From assembly GCF_006345805.1 (NCBI RefSeq), contig NC_042999.1, forward strand, positions 5,332,001-5,396,000: DNA of 64,000 nucleotides, in the 5' to 3' direction. Shown here piece after piece: positions 1-14,600 of this stretch. The stretch's first letter is position 1. Each line of letters begins with the position of its first letter. This stretch comes from Octopus sinensis. Lineage: Eukaryota. A program made the translations under genes and the position numbers. The notes beneath the pieces were generated by a model. That model saw only the letters and a list, made by a program, of their open reading frames with translations. It was not told the origin of the DNA and searched no databases.

Positions 1-171
1 CCGCTTGACAAGCAGTGTTGGTGTGCTTATGTCCCCTTAATTTAGCGGTTCGACAGAAACCGATAGAATAAGTAGTAGGCGTAAAAATATAGGCCTTGGG
101 GTCAATTTGTTCGCTTAAAATCCGATCAAGGTGGTACCCCTATCATGACCGCAGTTAAATGACTGAAACAG
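1..171 (+). mobile_element. SINE family A, 3' part
   Basis: Matches the 3' half of the repeated SINE (cgcttgacaa...gatagaataagta...catgaccgcagttaaatgactgaaac) also seen at 29101-29295 and 59311-59495. Confidence 0.75.
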
Positions 172-243
172 GTGTGTGTGTGTGTGCGCGCGTTTAACAT
201 ATCTGTGTATATGAATGTACGTATGCGTTTATGCGTGTGTGTA

Positions 244-291
<48 letters not shown>

Positions 292-296
292 TATAA

Positions 297-657
297 AGGG
301 TAAGGGGGGTAAAGACCCCATTCGGTCACGAATGACCATGGGATTGCACCTAGAAAGTTACCCTCCTAGACACAAGTCCGGGCAAGGTTGTTTATGGAAG
401 ACCAGCAGTCGCCCATGCATACCAGCCTCCCATCTCCACGCCACCAGTGTAATCCAAGGGAAAGACAAAGGTCGATACAGCTTGGCACCAGTCGATACAG
501 CTTGGCACGTCGCAACTCATTTCTACAGCTGAGTGAGCTGGAGCAACGTGAAATAAAGTGCCTTGCTCAAGAACACAACACCCAGCCCGGTCCGGGATTC
601 GAGCTCACAACCTCACGATCGTAAGCTCGACGCTCTAACCACTGAGCCATGCGCCTT

Positions 658-660
<3 letters not shown>
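297..660 (-). mobile_element. tRNA-derived SINE family C
   Basis: Minus strand reads ggcgcatggctcagtggttagagcg (A box) ... gagctcgaatcccgg (B-box-like), then tgtgttcttgagcaaggcac. Related heads occur at 20820, 33234, 51403 and 53590. Confidence 0.75.
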
Positions 661-1118
<458 letters not shown>

Positions 1119-1122
<4 letters not shown>

Positions 1123-1398
1123 TAAGCAATAAAGGGTTTAGCAACGAATTGCCTTACCACATACCGAATTTAGAAATAGCAGTCAAAGAGTTATAGCTAT
1201 TTCTTCTACTAAAAAGGGAGATCTCAGTAAAAACAGCAATTGGAAGGCAGACACAAACAGGTAAGTCTGCCTTCCAATTGCTGTTTTTACTGAGATCTCC
1301 CTTTTTAGTAGAAGAAATAGCTATAACTCTTTGACTGCTATTTCTAAATTCGGTATGTGGTAAGGCAATTCGTTGCTAAACCCTTTATTGCTTAGTAT
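1119..1398. repeat. Perfect inverted repeat, 134-bp arms, 12-nt loop
   Basis: 1119-1252 is the reverse complement of 1265-1398; the loop is acaaacaggtaa. Confidence 0.95.
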
Positions 1399-1506
1399 TA
1401 CTTAAATTTTCCTCGATGAGGCTTTTACATGCCGAAGACTACTTGGTGTAATTGATAATTATTCCAAATTAATTAATTTCACCCTTCATTATACGGATAA
1501 CTATAT

Positions 1507-1549
<43 letters not shown>

Positions 1550-1555
1550 TATATA

Positions 1556-2178
1556 TATTATATTGAGGGTACTACGATTCGTAGATACCAACACGCTAAG
1601 AGGGACCAATGCGGTCAAAACTACTAAAAATAAACAAAATTTTACCGAATGCAAAACTTCAAAACACATCATTTTAAAAAAGAATTCAGTTACATATCAC
1701 ATGTGATTTCGCATTTAAATGCAGAATATGCATTTTATGTTCGTCAGTGCAACAAACTCAAGAAATATAAGAGAAAAACATAACATTACAAGCTCGATAG
1801 CCAACCGTAGAATTCGTCGTAGCATGTCCGAATGTTTATCTTTACATATCTATGAAAATGGCGGGCTTATTCGCAATGCATTTCGGTTACAAATTGTCTA
1901 TTCGGAATAAAAATTCAGTATTGAACTATTCCGGTGAAAAATATAAATTAACAATTGAGGATAAAATCTTTAAAAGAAATTATCAGTAGTCAGCGTGAAA
2001 AACCTCGTAAGAGAAAAAATCCGTAAATTCTTCCTCTTTGAAAATATTCATTTATATTATATTGAGGGTACTACTATTCGTAGATACCAACACGCTAAGA
2101 GGGACCAATGCGGTCAAAACTACTAAAAATAAACAAAATTTTACCGAATGCAAAACTTCAAAACACATCATTTTAAAA
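1556..2178. repeat. Element with ~120-bp terminal direct repeats, in (TA)n
   Basis: attatattgagggt...cacatcattttaaaa occurs at ~1556-1678 and ~2056-2178. The interior gtcagcgtgaaaaacc motif recurs, inverted, at ~61345-61400. Confidence 0.7.
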
Positions 2179-2217
2179 CACACACGCACACACACACACA
2201 TATATATAATATAATAT

Positions 2218-2323
<106 letters not shown>

Positions 2324-3137
2324 ATATTATATATATATATATATATATATTAGGCCTCGAAACCGTTTTATATTATGATCAGTAAAACCGAAACCGATTT
2401 GCCAAAACCGATTTTAAGGCTTGCTGTTTCGGCTCTTTTCAATAAAAGATGTTTCATGTAACACATTCTACCAGTATACGAAGTTTAAAAGTGTTTAGTT
2501 ACAAATAACTATTTTTTAAATGTGCCGGTCAAAGTGAAAAGATCCGCTGTTTCTTTTTTTTTTCTTTTCGCAAAACATTTCTCCATTTTTTTCTTTTCAA
2601 GAAATATCGTTGAAACTGAACTAACTAAACTGTTGTCGGTCGCCTTTAGTTGAGAGTGCTGTCTGTTTCATTGAAACATATCGCAACATATCAATTCTCA
2701 CCTTCCTTCCCCTTGAACCTTAGATCAGCACCTTGTCATCTCCTTCACTAACCCCTGACTGACTCTTTGAATTTGCAGGTAACTGAGTTTATTCATAGCA
2801 AGTCGGGTGATCTTTCTCGTTGAGTATATGTAATAACCAGTTCCAGATTCATTTCAAGGAAGTAACACTAAATTTTTTGATAAAAAAAGTGAAGAGATCG
2901 CTATAACAGGCATATAAAATGAGATAACATGAGATATCAAGGTGTTATAAACTTGAAACCTACTAGAATATCATACATTATATATCAAGTCATCCAATCA
3001 GTTCTGTCCAATTTTACTTTTTTTTTTTAGATTTGAATGAAATTTAATAGTATTTTCAAATGTCTAATTCAATTAAAAATTATTTTTATGCATTTGTGTA
3101 CGTTTAAACTAATTCAATATTGTTTTACAAAATAATA

Positions 3138-4468
3138 GAGGATGTCCACAAAGTCTGCGTACATGGGGATTAACACATACTTTTAAAACACACCAATTTT
3201 ATTTAATTATAATGTTAATAAATAATATTTTCAAAGTGATTTCCATCATTTTTCAATGCATAACTTGATGCGCCTGGCAAAATTCAGGTGAACTTGATTA
3301 AATAAGTCTACATTGCCATCAATTTCAGCACACTGACTGATAATGCGTTCTCTCGTGTGTTTTAAATCTGTAATCTTTATTGTAATCTTTCTCTTTCAAC
3401 ATATCCCAGAAAAAGAAATCAAGGGGAGAAAGGTCTGGTGAACGAGGGGACCTTTCCATATGAGCGCTTCTTCCAATCCAGTGAGGAAAAGTGTCATTAA
3501 GCCAATCTCTAACAGTTGTGGCAAAATGGATAGGGGCCCCATCCTGCTGAAACCAATTCGGAAGGCCCTCGCCTTAGGCGCTCAATTTGAGATATTAATT
3601 TATCTCTCAATATGTTTACACAAGTCTCATCCGTTACATGTTAAATGAAGAAGGGTCCTAGAACATGAGCTTTCCACAAACCACACCACACCATCACCTT
3701 TTTGCTGCCTTGCTGTTTGGATGGATCCATCCAATGTGGATTACCTCGAGACCAGTATAGAAGATTCTGTCTGTTGACCTCACCATTTACATAAAACGTA
3801 GCTTTGTCACTGAACAACAAAGTTTTTCGTAAAATTGATATTTTCATCCAATTCATCTGAAAACCATTCGCACGTCTACATTCGTCTATCAGGGTCATCT
3901 TCATTTAAGTGATGCAATATCTGTAGGTTGTATCGATGAAACTTTTCCTCGACCAGCATTTTGTGGATGGTTGGTTTTGGAATACCTAACACCGTGGTTG
4001 TCCGACGAAGTGATTTCTTTGGGCTAGCAAAAACTTTAGCCATGACAACCTTTTTCGTTTCATCTGAAGTCTTTGGTCGCCCGGAACGGGGTTTATCCAA
4101 AACATTGCCTGTTTCTTTAAATTTCTTGATCAATTTCCCGACGGCAGTAAAAAAAAATAGGTTACCTATAAGGGTGTCGAAGATTAAATTCTTCCGCAAT
4201 TTTGCGATAAGACCATCCCTTTCGTCCACTTAATAATACTAACTCGATTCTTTCTTCTTTAGACAGATCCATCATTCGATCTGGGATTCTTTCTTCTTTA
4301 GACAGAGCCATCATTCGATCATCTGTAGAAAAAATAACAAATGAATTTAGAAAAGTAAAGTATTTTTTAAATTTAATTTAAACAAAAGTAAAAAAGTAAA
4401 ATTATTATTTCTTATATTTGTTTATGTTATAATTTTATTCCATGTACCCAGACTTCGTGGACACCCTA
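3138..4468 (-). mobile_element. Degenerate Tc1/mariner-superfamily transposon (rosa/maT-like)
   Basis: TIRs gatgtccacaaagtctgcgtacatgg / ccatgtacccagacttcgtggacacc. Minus-strand peptides MALSKEERIELVL, KFKETGNVLDKPRSGRP, LFSDKATFYVNGEVNRQN, VMVWCGLW, FQQDGAP and SPDLSPLDFFFW, with stops and frameshifts. Confidence 0.85.
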
Positions 4469-4489
4469 AAATTGCTTTGATTAAAACTC

Positions 4490-5575
4490 TTTCAACATGG
4501 AAGTATCCAAGGAGCATTTAAGGCACATATAATTCTTTATGAGTACAATAAAGGTAACTCTGCAGTCGAAGTGACTCGAAACATACACTCAGTTTATGGG
4601 AAAGTGCTTGAATGAAAGAACTTGCAGGAGATCGTTTGCAAAATTGAAGATGAAGATCGAATAGGATGTCCAGTTGAGTTTGATGATAAGCTCCTTGAGG
4701 CATTACTTGAAGAAAATCCGCCATTATCAGTTGAAGAATTGGTAATAAAGCTTACTTCAAACCATACAACAGTTCATCGTCATCTTCAACAACGTGGAAA
4801 GATTCCTAAACTTTGAAAATAGGTGCTTCATGTATTGTCCGAAAGCAACTGCAAATCTCGAGTTGACATCTGCTCTTCTCTCCATTCTCGCAAACTCATT
4901 TCACCCTTTTTCGATAGACTTGTGACGAAAAATGGATTTTCTATCGAAATGTTAAACGTCGTAAACAGTGGCTTGGTAAAAGGGAAAATGCTCAACCACA
5001 ACCGAGAAGGGAACTTCATGGGAAAAAGGTTCTACTCTATCTGGTGCGATTGCAAAGGCGTAATTCACTTTATATTGTTACCACCTAATGCAACAATCAA
5101 TGCTCAAGTCTACTGTCAGCAATTATAGCGTTTGAACCAAGCTTTGAAGGAAAAAAGAGCCGCTTTAGTGAGTCGAAAACGAGTGATGTTTCATCAGGAC
5201 AATACGCAACCCCACACTGCAAAGATCACAACACAGAAGATCGAAGAGGTCGGTTTGGAAAAATTTCTTCATCCAACTTATTCTCCCGACCTTACTCCTT
5301 CAGGATACCATTTGTTTCATAGTTTATAGAATTATTAGGGGGACACAACTTTCGCAAGCCAGGAGGAGGTCGAACCTGACATTTCAGAGGACTTCGCTTT
5401 GAAACCAAAAGAGCTTTACAATGATGGGATTAAAAAGCTTGTAAATAGATGGAAGTAAGTCATAGATAATCAGGGAAAGTATATTGATGATTAACTTTCA
5501 ATTAAATATAACATTTGATCACTTGGATTCTTTATCCAAAATTCGGACAGAACTTATGGGGAGACCTGAGATATA
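4490..5575 (+). mobile_element. Degenerate mariner (DD34D-type) transposon
   Basis: Fragments HLRHIILYEYNKG, VLHVLSE (WVPHEL-like), SIWCDCKGVIHF, FHQDNTQPH and YSPDLTPSGYHLFHSL. Probable 3' TIR cggacagaacttatggggagacctga. Confidence 0.85.
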
Positions 5576-5734
5576 TAAACCGACGATAAAAGTTCTATTT
5601 CTTACAAAATATTTTGTTACTAACACCATACAAAGTATTTATATCTTTTACCTTATGCAAAATTTATTTCTCTTTCGAATGATGCAAACAATTTTTATAC
5701 AACTTAAAGAATTCTAATGCTAAATTAATATATA

Positions 5735-5880
5735 TTTCTTTACAGCCCACATGAGGCTAAACATAGAGGGGACAAACAAGGACAAACAAACGGATTAAGT
5801 CGATTACATCGACCCCAGTGCGTAACTGGTACTTAATTTATCGATCCCGAAAGGATGAAAGGCAAAGTCGAAATTTGAAC
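5735..5880 (-). mobile_element. SINE family B fragment
   Basis: Contains the shared core ttaatttatcgatcccgaaaggatgaaaggcaaagtcg and the B1 tail. Confidence 0.75.
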
Positions 5881-6166
5881 TATATAAGACGCTAAATATT
5901 TGTGCTTACAACATACTAAAATGTCTGTAATTTTTTATATAGGGGTGAATAAATAAATTCTTGTGTCCCCTATATCTAATTTTAAAATTAGTAGTACTCC
6001 CTATATAAATTTTCCTAAGCCCGGAGTTAAACTAATAAACCTGTTTGCTGTTTACACACCCGTCTTCGTCTTTTATTTGTTTCTTTTTTAAATTCCAAAT
6101 ATATGTGTTTGTATGTGTGTGTGCATATATGTTTATATATATATATATATATTATATATATAATAT

Positions 6167-6238
<72 letters not shown>

Positions 6239-6308
6239 GGATTTCGCAGACAGGAACTGAAACAAATCGATCGTATATATATGTATGTATATATGTAAGT
6301 GTATGTGT

Positions 6309-8993
6309 TTTGGTATTGGCAACATGAATGACAATGGTCAGAGACTACTTGAATTTTGCACATACCATAACCTGTGCATCACTAACACATTCTTTGCCAA
6401 CAGGACATCCCACAAGGCATCTTGGAGACATCCAAGATCTCATCATTACACGAAGACCCTTTCTGAATTCTGTTCAACTGACTCGTAGTTACCACAGCGC
6501 GGATTGTGACACAGATCATTCACTAATAAGAAGCAGGGTGAGGATTCTGCCTAAAAAGTCCATCACTCCAAGAAAATGGGCCGACCACGCATTAACACTG
6601 CTGGAACATCCGACCCTACACTGCGACAATATTTTGCTGTTTCTATCAAAGTTGCCCTTAGTAGCTGCCCAACCACCTCTGCTGAAAGTAGGTGGAATTA
6701 TACCAGGGAAGCTTTGTATACCACATCAATAGATACTTTCGGCGCGAGAGAAAGGCAAAACCCAGATTTTGTTCAGTGCTGGGCTCTCATAGCTGGAAAC
6801 AGTTATCGAAACAAAGCGTGCAGCTCTGATGTAATACAAGAGTGATTCTTCTATAAAGTCACTCGAAGAACTCAGAAAGGCAAGAAATAAAACCTAACTG
6901 ACTGGCAGACACTGTACAAATAGGTATTGGCAGGAAATCTGTCAGAGTATCCAGTCAGCTGCTGACAGTGGCGACACCCGTGGGATGTATGCCGGTTTGA
7001 AGAAGGCCCTCAGTCCATCCGCAAACAAGTCAGCCCCTCTGAAATCAACTACTGGGGATCTCATCAAGGACCAAATCAAGCAAATGGATAGATGGGTGGA
7101 GTACTACCAGGATCTCTACTCATGAGAGACCACGGTAGCTGAGGCTGCAATCGAGGGTGTCAAGATCTTGCCAGTCATGTGTGAACTTGACAGTCTGCTA
7201 TCTATAGCAGAGCTCACCAAGGCTATTGACTCTCTAGGAAGTAACAAGGCTCCGGAAAAAGACGGCATCCCTTTAGAGATCATCAAAACCGGCAATAACA
7301 CCATCCTGCTTCGGCACATTCATGAGCTTCTGTGTCAGTGCTGGGAAGAAGGTACAGTCCCTCAGGATATGCGGGATGCTGACATCATTACGCTTTACAA
7401 AAACAAAGGTGACCGTGGTGATTGTAACAATTACCGTGGAATATCTCTTCTAAGCACTGTTGGAAAGGCCTCTGCTCGCATTTTCCTGTCCAGGCTGCAA
7501 CTGCTTGCTTCTCGAATTTATCCAGAATCGCAGTGTGGCTTTAGAAGAAGCAGATCAACTATTGACATGATATTCTCCATACGCTAACTTCAGGAGAAGT
7601 CCAGAGAGCAGAAAAGGCCATTATATATGCCTTTGACTTGGTTAGTAGAAAAGGCCTCTTCATCCTGCTCCAAAAAATCGGATGTCTATCAAAGCTGCTG
7701 AGGATCATCACATCTTTCCATGATGATATGCAAGGCACCATACAGCACAATGGTTCAACATCAGCCGCCTTCCAAATAAAAAATGGGGTAAAGCAAGGTT
7801 GTGTACTTGCTCCTACATTATTTGGCATCTTCTTCTCGCTGCTGCTGTCACATGCCTTTGTGACATCAGATGATGGAGTGTTTCTGCACAGTAGAAGTGA
7901 TGGGAAACTGTTCAATCTCTCGCGTCTGCATGCCAAAACCAAAATCAGAAGCGTCCTGATCAAGGAGATGCTATTTGCTGATGATGCCGCTCTGGTATCA
8001 CACACAGAAGAATCCCTACAAAGGCTCATCAACTGTTTTGAGCAAGCATGTGGCAACTTTGGCTTATTTATCAGCCTCAAGAAGACCAACATCATGGGTC
8101 AGGCTACATCGACCATCCCAAACATACATATTGGAGACCACAGACTACAGGAGGTGGAGAAGTTTACCTATCTTGGCTCTACCGTCACCTACAACCTATC
8201 CCTTGATACTGAGCTCAATATACGCATTGGCAAGGCAGCTGCTGTGATGGCCCAACTCTCCAAACAGGCATGGGACAACAATAAGCTGACCAAGACCACA
8301 AAAATGATTTACCAGGCATGTGTACTTAGCACTCTACTGTATGGAAGTTAGACTTGGACACCATACACACGCCATACGACGCCATACGTCGCCTAAATAT
8401 CTTTCACCTGCGCTGCCTCCGGAAAATCCTTCGCATCAAATGGCAGAATCATGTCCCCAACAAAGATGTCCTCAAGCAAGCAGGAATACCAAGCATGTTT
8501 ACACTCCTCACACAAAGACGTATGAGATGGCTTCGACATGTTAGCCGTATGGAAGATGGCAGAATCCCCAAGGACATACTCAACGGAGAGCTTCCTAGGA
8601 GCACTAGGTCTGTGGGAAGACCGTTCTTACGATACAAGGATGTTTGCAAAAGGGACATGAATGCCTGCAACATCAATATTACCATCTGGGAAGCAGTTGC
8701 CGGCAACCTTGGAGATTGGCGACGTACCGTAAAAGAGGGAACACAATGGAGTGACATAGAGGGAGAGGAGAAATGGAAAGACAAGAGAAGACGTCAACAA
8801 GAAAGTATGACATTACAACCAGCCAGGTAAAGTCTTCGCTACATTTGCGGCACCTGCCAGAGGGAGTGTTTGTCCAGGATAGGACTACACATCCACAGCA
8901 GGAGATGTATTAGGACATGAAATGTAAAAGCCGGACTAGATTATTTTATGCGCAACTCCATTGTCTCCCGAGACAAAAAGGATGCCAACAACA
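6309..8993 (+). mobile_element. RTE-clade (BovB-like) LINE, 5' truncated and disrupted
   Basis: APE remnants (NDNGQRLLEFC, SWRHPRS, ADCDTDH). RT motifs NYRGISLLS, ESQCGFR, GVKQGCVLAPTLF, LFADD, FTYLGS. C-terminal FHLRCLRKIL..IKWQ. Ends in an (AAC)n tail; flanked by a long direct repeat. Confidence 0.92.
7168..8830 (+). pseudogene. RTE reverse transcriptase ORF fragments (7168-7587, 7638-8351, 8354-8830)
   Basis: Non-LTR RT motifs split by stops and a small deletion. Confidence 0.9.
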
Positions 8994-9277
8994 ATATATA
9001 TGGATATCGTAGACAGGAACTGAAACAAATCAATCGTATTTATATGTATATATGTAAGTGTACGTGTGTGTCTTTGTGTCTGTGTTTCGCCCTCATCACT
9101 GCTTCACAACTGCTGTTCATTTATTTACATCCACAAAACTTACTGGTTTCACAAGAACAAACTAATAGAATAAGTACTAGGCTTATCAACATAAAAAAAG
9201 CTAGGCTGTGTCTCATATTTTTGTTTGTCCACTCAGTTGTATCTATCAATATTTCTTTGTGTGTGTGTGTGTGTGTG

Positions 9278-10500
<1,223 letters not shown>

Positions 10501-10584
10501 ATATATACACTCTTTTACCTGTTTCAGTCATTTGACTGCGGCCATGCTGTAGCACCGCCGTTATATATATATATATATATATAG

Positions 10585-10840
10585 ACAATTGACGGATATT
10601 TGTCTCTCATCTTGTTTGTTGTTAACACAACGTTTCGGCTGATATACCCTCCAGCCCTCATCAGGTGTCTTGGGGGAAATTTCGATCCTGGGTTCTGATT
10701 CCTTAGGTATTTTTCGATCTTCTTCTTCTTCTTCTTCTTCTTATTATTATTATTATTATTCAGGTCACTACCTGGAATCGAACTCGTAATCTTGGGGTTA
10801 GTAGCCTGCGCTCTTAACCACTACGCCATATGCTCATGGG
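10585..10840 (-). mobile_element. tRNA-headed SINE-like element carrying a hammerhead ribozyme
   Basis: Minus strand: tggcgtagtggttaagagcg (A box), gagttcgattcc (B box), a (TAA)/(GAA) linker, then a hammerhead core. The body is repeated at 63660-63810. Confidence 0.75.
10622..10671 (-). ncRNA. Minimal type I hammerhead ribozyme
   Basis: gacac-CUGAUGA-g-ggcug(gaggguauau)cagcc-GAAA-c-g-UU-guguu. Stems I and II and the core are intact; stem III is the palindrome ACGU. Confidence 0.8.
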
Positions 10841-10876
10841 TATATATATATAAATATATATATATAAATATATATA

Positions 10877-10946
<70 letters not shown>

Positions 10947-10984
10947 AATATATGTATATATAAATATATATATATATATATACA

Positions 10985-11338
10985 CTCTTTTACTCTTTTA
11001 CATGTTTCAGTCATTTGACTGCGGCCATGCTGGAGCACCGCCTTTAGTCGAGCAAATCGACCCCGGGACTTATTCTTTGTAAGCCCAGTACTTATTCTAT
11101 CGGTCTCTTTTGCCGAATCGCTAAGTGACGGGGACGTAAACACACCAGCGTCGGTTGTCAAGCAATGTTAGGGGTACAAACACAGACACACAAACACATA
11201 CACATACATATATATACGACAGACTTCTTTCAGTTTCCGTCTACCAAATCCACTCACAAGATGCCACGCTGAGGGACTGAACCCGGAACCATGTGGCTGG
11301 TTAGCAAGCTACTTACCACACAGCCACTCCTGCGCCTA
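10985..11338 (-). mobile_element. SINE family A (internal deletion)
   Basis: Head ggcgcaggagtggctgtgtggtaag through tail ggcggtgctccagcatggccgcagtcaaatgactgaaac. Confidence 0.85.
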
Positions 11339-11350
11339 TGGATATATATG

Positions 11351-11481
<131 letters not shown>

Positions 11482-11517
11482 AATATATGTATATATATTA
11501 TATGTATAAATAAATAT

Positions 11518-11622
<105 letters not shown>

Positions 11623-11647
11623 TATTATATATATATATATATATATG

Positions 11648-14600
11648 TGGGGGGGGCAGCTGCTGAATAAGAATCTTTTTTGTGCATGGCACAAAAGATT
11701 GTACAGCAGCTAAGCTGGCTCCATCAAACTTAAACTCGCAGATGGGACTATCCACAATACACAAGACCGCCACAGCAAATAGACCCCAGGTGGACACCAC
11801 CGGCAACAGCATACACATCACCTCGATGCTCCTACTGAACATCAGAGGACTGCTAACACTCAGTAACAGGACAAAAATCCCGTTCTTGAGAGACCTTTTT
11901 GCATGCAATCAAGCCTTATGCTTAGCACTTACGGAAACACACATGAAACCGGACATAGTAGATGCGGAAATACACATACCACAGTCTGTTGTACTACGGA
12001 CCGACAGAAAAGAAAGGAGTCATGGAGGAGTCGCTATGTACATCCGCGAGGACCTCACACCCCAGGTCCTTTTGTCATACTCAAATTCGGTGTGTGACAC
12101 ACTAATTGTACATATAAGGCAACTTGGTGTAGTTATATGTGCTACAAATCGCCCTCCAGATGTCCCAAGCCATGTAGGCAAGTTTGAAGACTTCCTTATA
12201 AGAATAGAAGAAGTTCTAGTCACATTAGAACAACACATAAGTGTACTTCTTATGCGAGACTTCAATCTACCCAATGTCAGATGGCCGGAGGGCCTTTCTC
12301 TCCCAGGAATGACACGATGCGAACGAGGACAGGCGAGGTCCTGCTGAACCTCATTAACACTCTGTACATGGAGCAAGTAATACTCCAACCAACTAAGGCA
12401 GGTAACATACTGGATCTCTGCTTCACAAATAATATGGATCTCATCCATAATGTGAAAGTGACACCGACACTACTCTCGGATCACAACATGGTAGAGATGA
12501 CCATGTACGGGTCAAAGGAAAGCATGGCCATGCAGCCTACAAGAAACTCTCAGAATCTTTCCAGCTTGAACTTCAATAAGGCAAACTGGAAACAAATTGA
12601 GAAAAAGATCCTCAAACAAAACTGGCCTGAATGTCTCTCCTCGCCAGACATCGACATGAAACTTCAACAATTCATGTCTGTAATGCAAGCCATATGCTAC
12701 AAATGTGTCCCAGAGAGAAAGGCCACTATACACAAGAACAAAATCCCCAGAGAGAGGAAAATTCTAATGAGACGGCGTACAAAAGTTTCAAATCGCCTAA
12801 ACAAACAAATTGAAAGCAGTGAAAAGTCCCGCCTGAAAATGAAACTGTTGGAAATTGAAAAGTGTCTGCAACTCTCCCATGAAAAAGAAAGAGCAGACAA
12901 AGAAGCCTGGTCTATAGACAACATAAAATCTAACCCCAGAGCTTTCTACAGGTATGCCAAAGAAACAGCTACGGTGCACTGTAGGATAGGGCCACTCCTT
13001 GAAAAGGATGGCACACTCACAGGAAATCCAATGAGAATAAGTGAAATACTAAATGAGCAATTCAAAAGTATTTTCACTCCACCCCTAGGACATTTTCAAG
13101 TCAGCAATCCAACTGACTTCTTTACCACTGCAGATATAAAATCAGAGGCAGCGATGATTGATTACATCAATATAAAAGAAGACGATGTAATAAAGGCTAT
13201 AGATGAAATGAAAACAAACTCAGCTATTGGCCCGATGGATTCCCAGCAATTCTTCTAAAAGTATGTAAGAGAGTCCTAGCAAGACCACTGCAGTTCCTCT
13301 TTCAGAGCTTCCTTGCAACTGGCAAACTTCCAAGGAAACTGAAGGAAGGTAAAATATGCCCTATTCATAAAGGAGGTAGCAGAGCGGAGGCCAAGAACTA
13401 TAGGCCTATCTCTCTGACCTCACACATCAGCAAGGTCATAGAACGAATAGTCAGAAGGAAACTAATCACCTTCCTTGAAGAAAATGACTTGCTGCCTGAC
13501 ACCCAACATGGTTTCCGACCAGGAAGAAGCTGCTTAACTCAGCTCCTACAACACTATGACTGGGTGCTGAAACGACTGCTCAACCACTCAAATGTGGAAG
13601 TTATATATCTCGACTTTGCAAAGGCCTTTGATAAAGTCGATCATGGAATGATATGTCACAAACTGAGTGATCTTGGCATAGTTGGAAAATTGGAGAATGG
13701 CTTCATGACTTTCTGAAGGATAGAAGTCAGGTGGTAGTAGCCAATGGGGCCACTTCAATTAACACGCAAATAGTGAGCGGTGTTCCGCAAGGCACTGTTT
13801 TGGGACCACTACTGTTCATAATGGCCCTCTCAGACATGCCCTCAGCCACGCAGAGAGCCACGATCACAAGTTATGCAGATGATACAAAAGTTTCACAGGC
13901 AATACAGAACCCTGAAGACACTAAGCACCTGCAATGTGAGCTGGACAAAATATACAAGTGGGCTGAAAAGAATAGCATGCAGTTCAATGCTGAAAAGTTT
14001 CAAGCTTTATGCTATCAGCATGCAAAACTAAATGCAGTACCCAATAAATACACTGGACCTGGAGGGATTGCAATCCCAGAGGCACAATCAGTGCGAGACC
14101 TGGGTATTTACATGAGTGATGATGCAACCTTTCATGTGCATGTTGCTAAATTGGCAATGAAATGTAGGCGGCTGACCGGATGGATTCTTAGAACCTTTAG
14201 AACAAGAGACCAGGAAACCATGATGGTCCACTGGAGGACACTTGTCCTAAGCCACTTTGACTATTGCTCTCAGCCATGGTCACCATCCAGTGTCAACTTA
14301 ATCACAGAACTTGAGGCGATCCAACGAAGCTACACGAAGAAGATAGCCTCTGTGCATCATATAAGCTACTGGGAAAGACTCAAGAGATTAAGACTGTATT
14401 CCTTAGAGCGTAGGCGAGAAAGATATGCCGTAATATACATCTGGAAGATCCTAGAAAGACTTGTCCCAAACTTTGGCATCGAGAGTTACACAAATGGTAG
14501 AACTGGGCGCCACTGCATAGTGCCAAGGACTCCAGGTTTGCCATCAAGATGTAGGACAAGATACTATGATAGTCTGGGCTTCAGAGGCCCACAGCTCTTC

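Noticed and set aside
4490-5575. Domesticated SETMAR-like gene
   Set aside because: Multiple stops and frameshifts and no SET domain; an ordinary mariner fossil.
10765-10835. tRNA gene (also the heads at 590-655, 20823, 33238, 51403)
   Set aside because: A and B boxes are present, but the acceptor and anticodon stems do not pair properly and each continues into a repeat body, so they are SINE heads.
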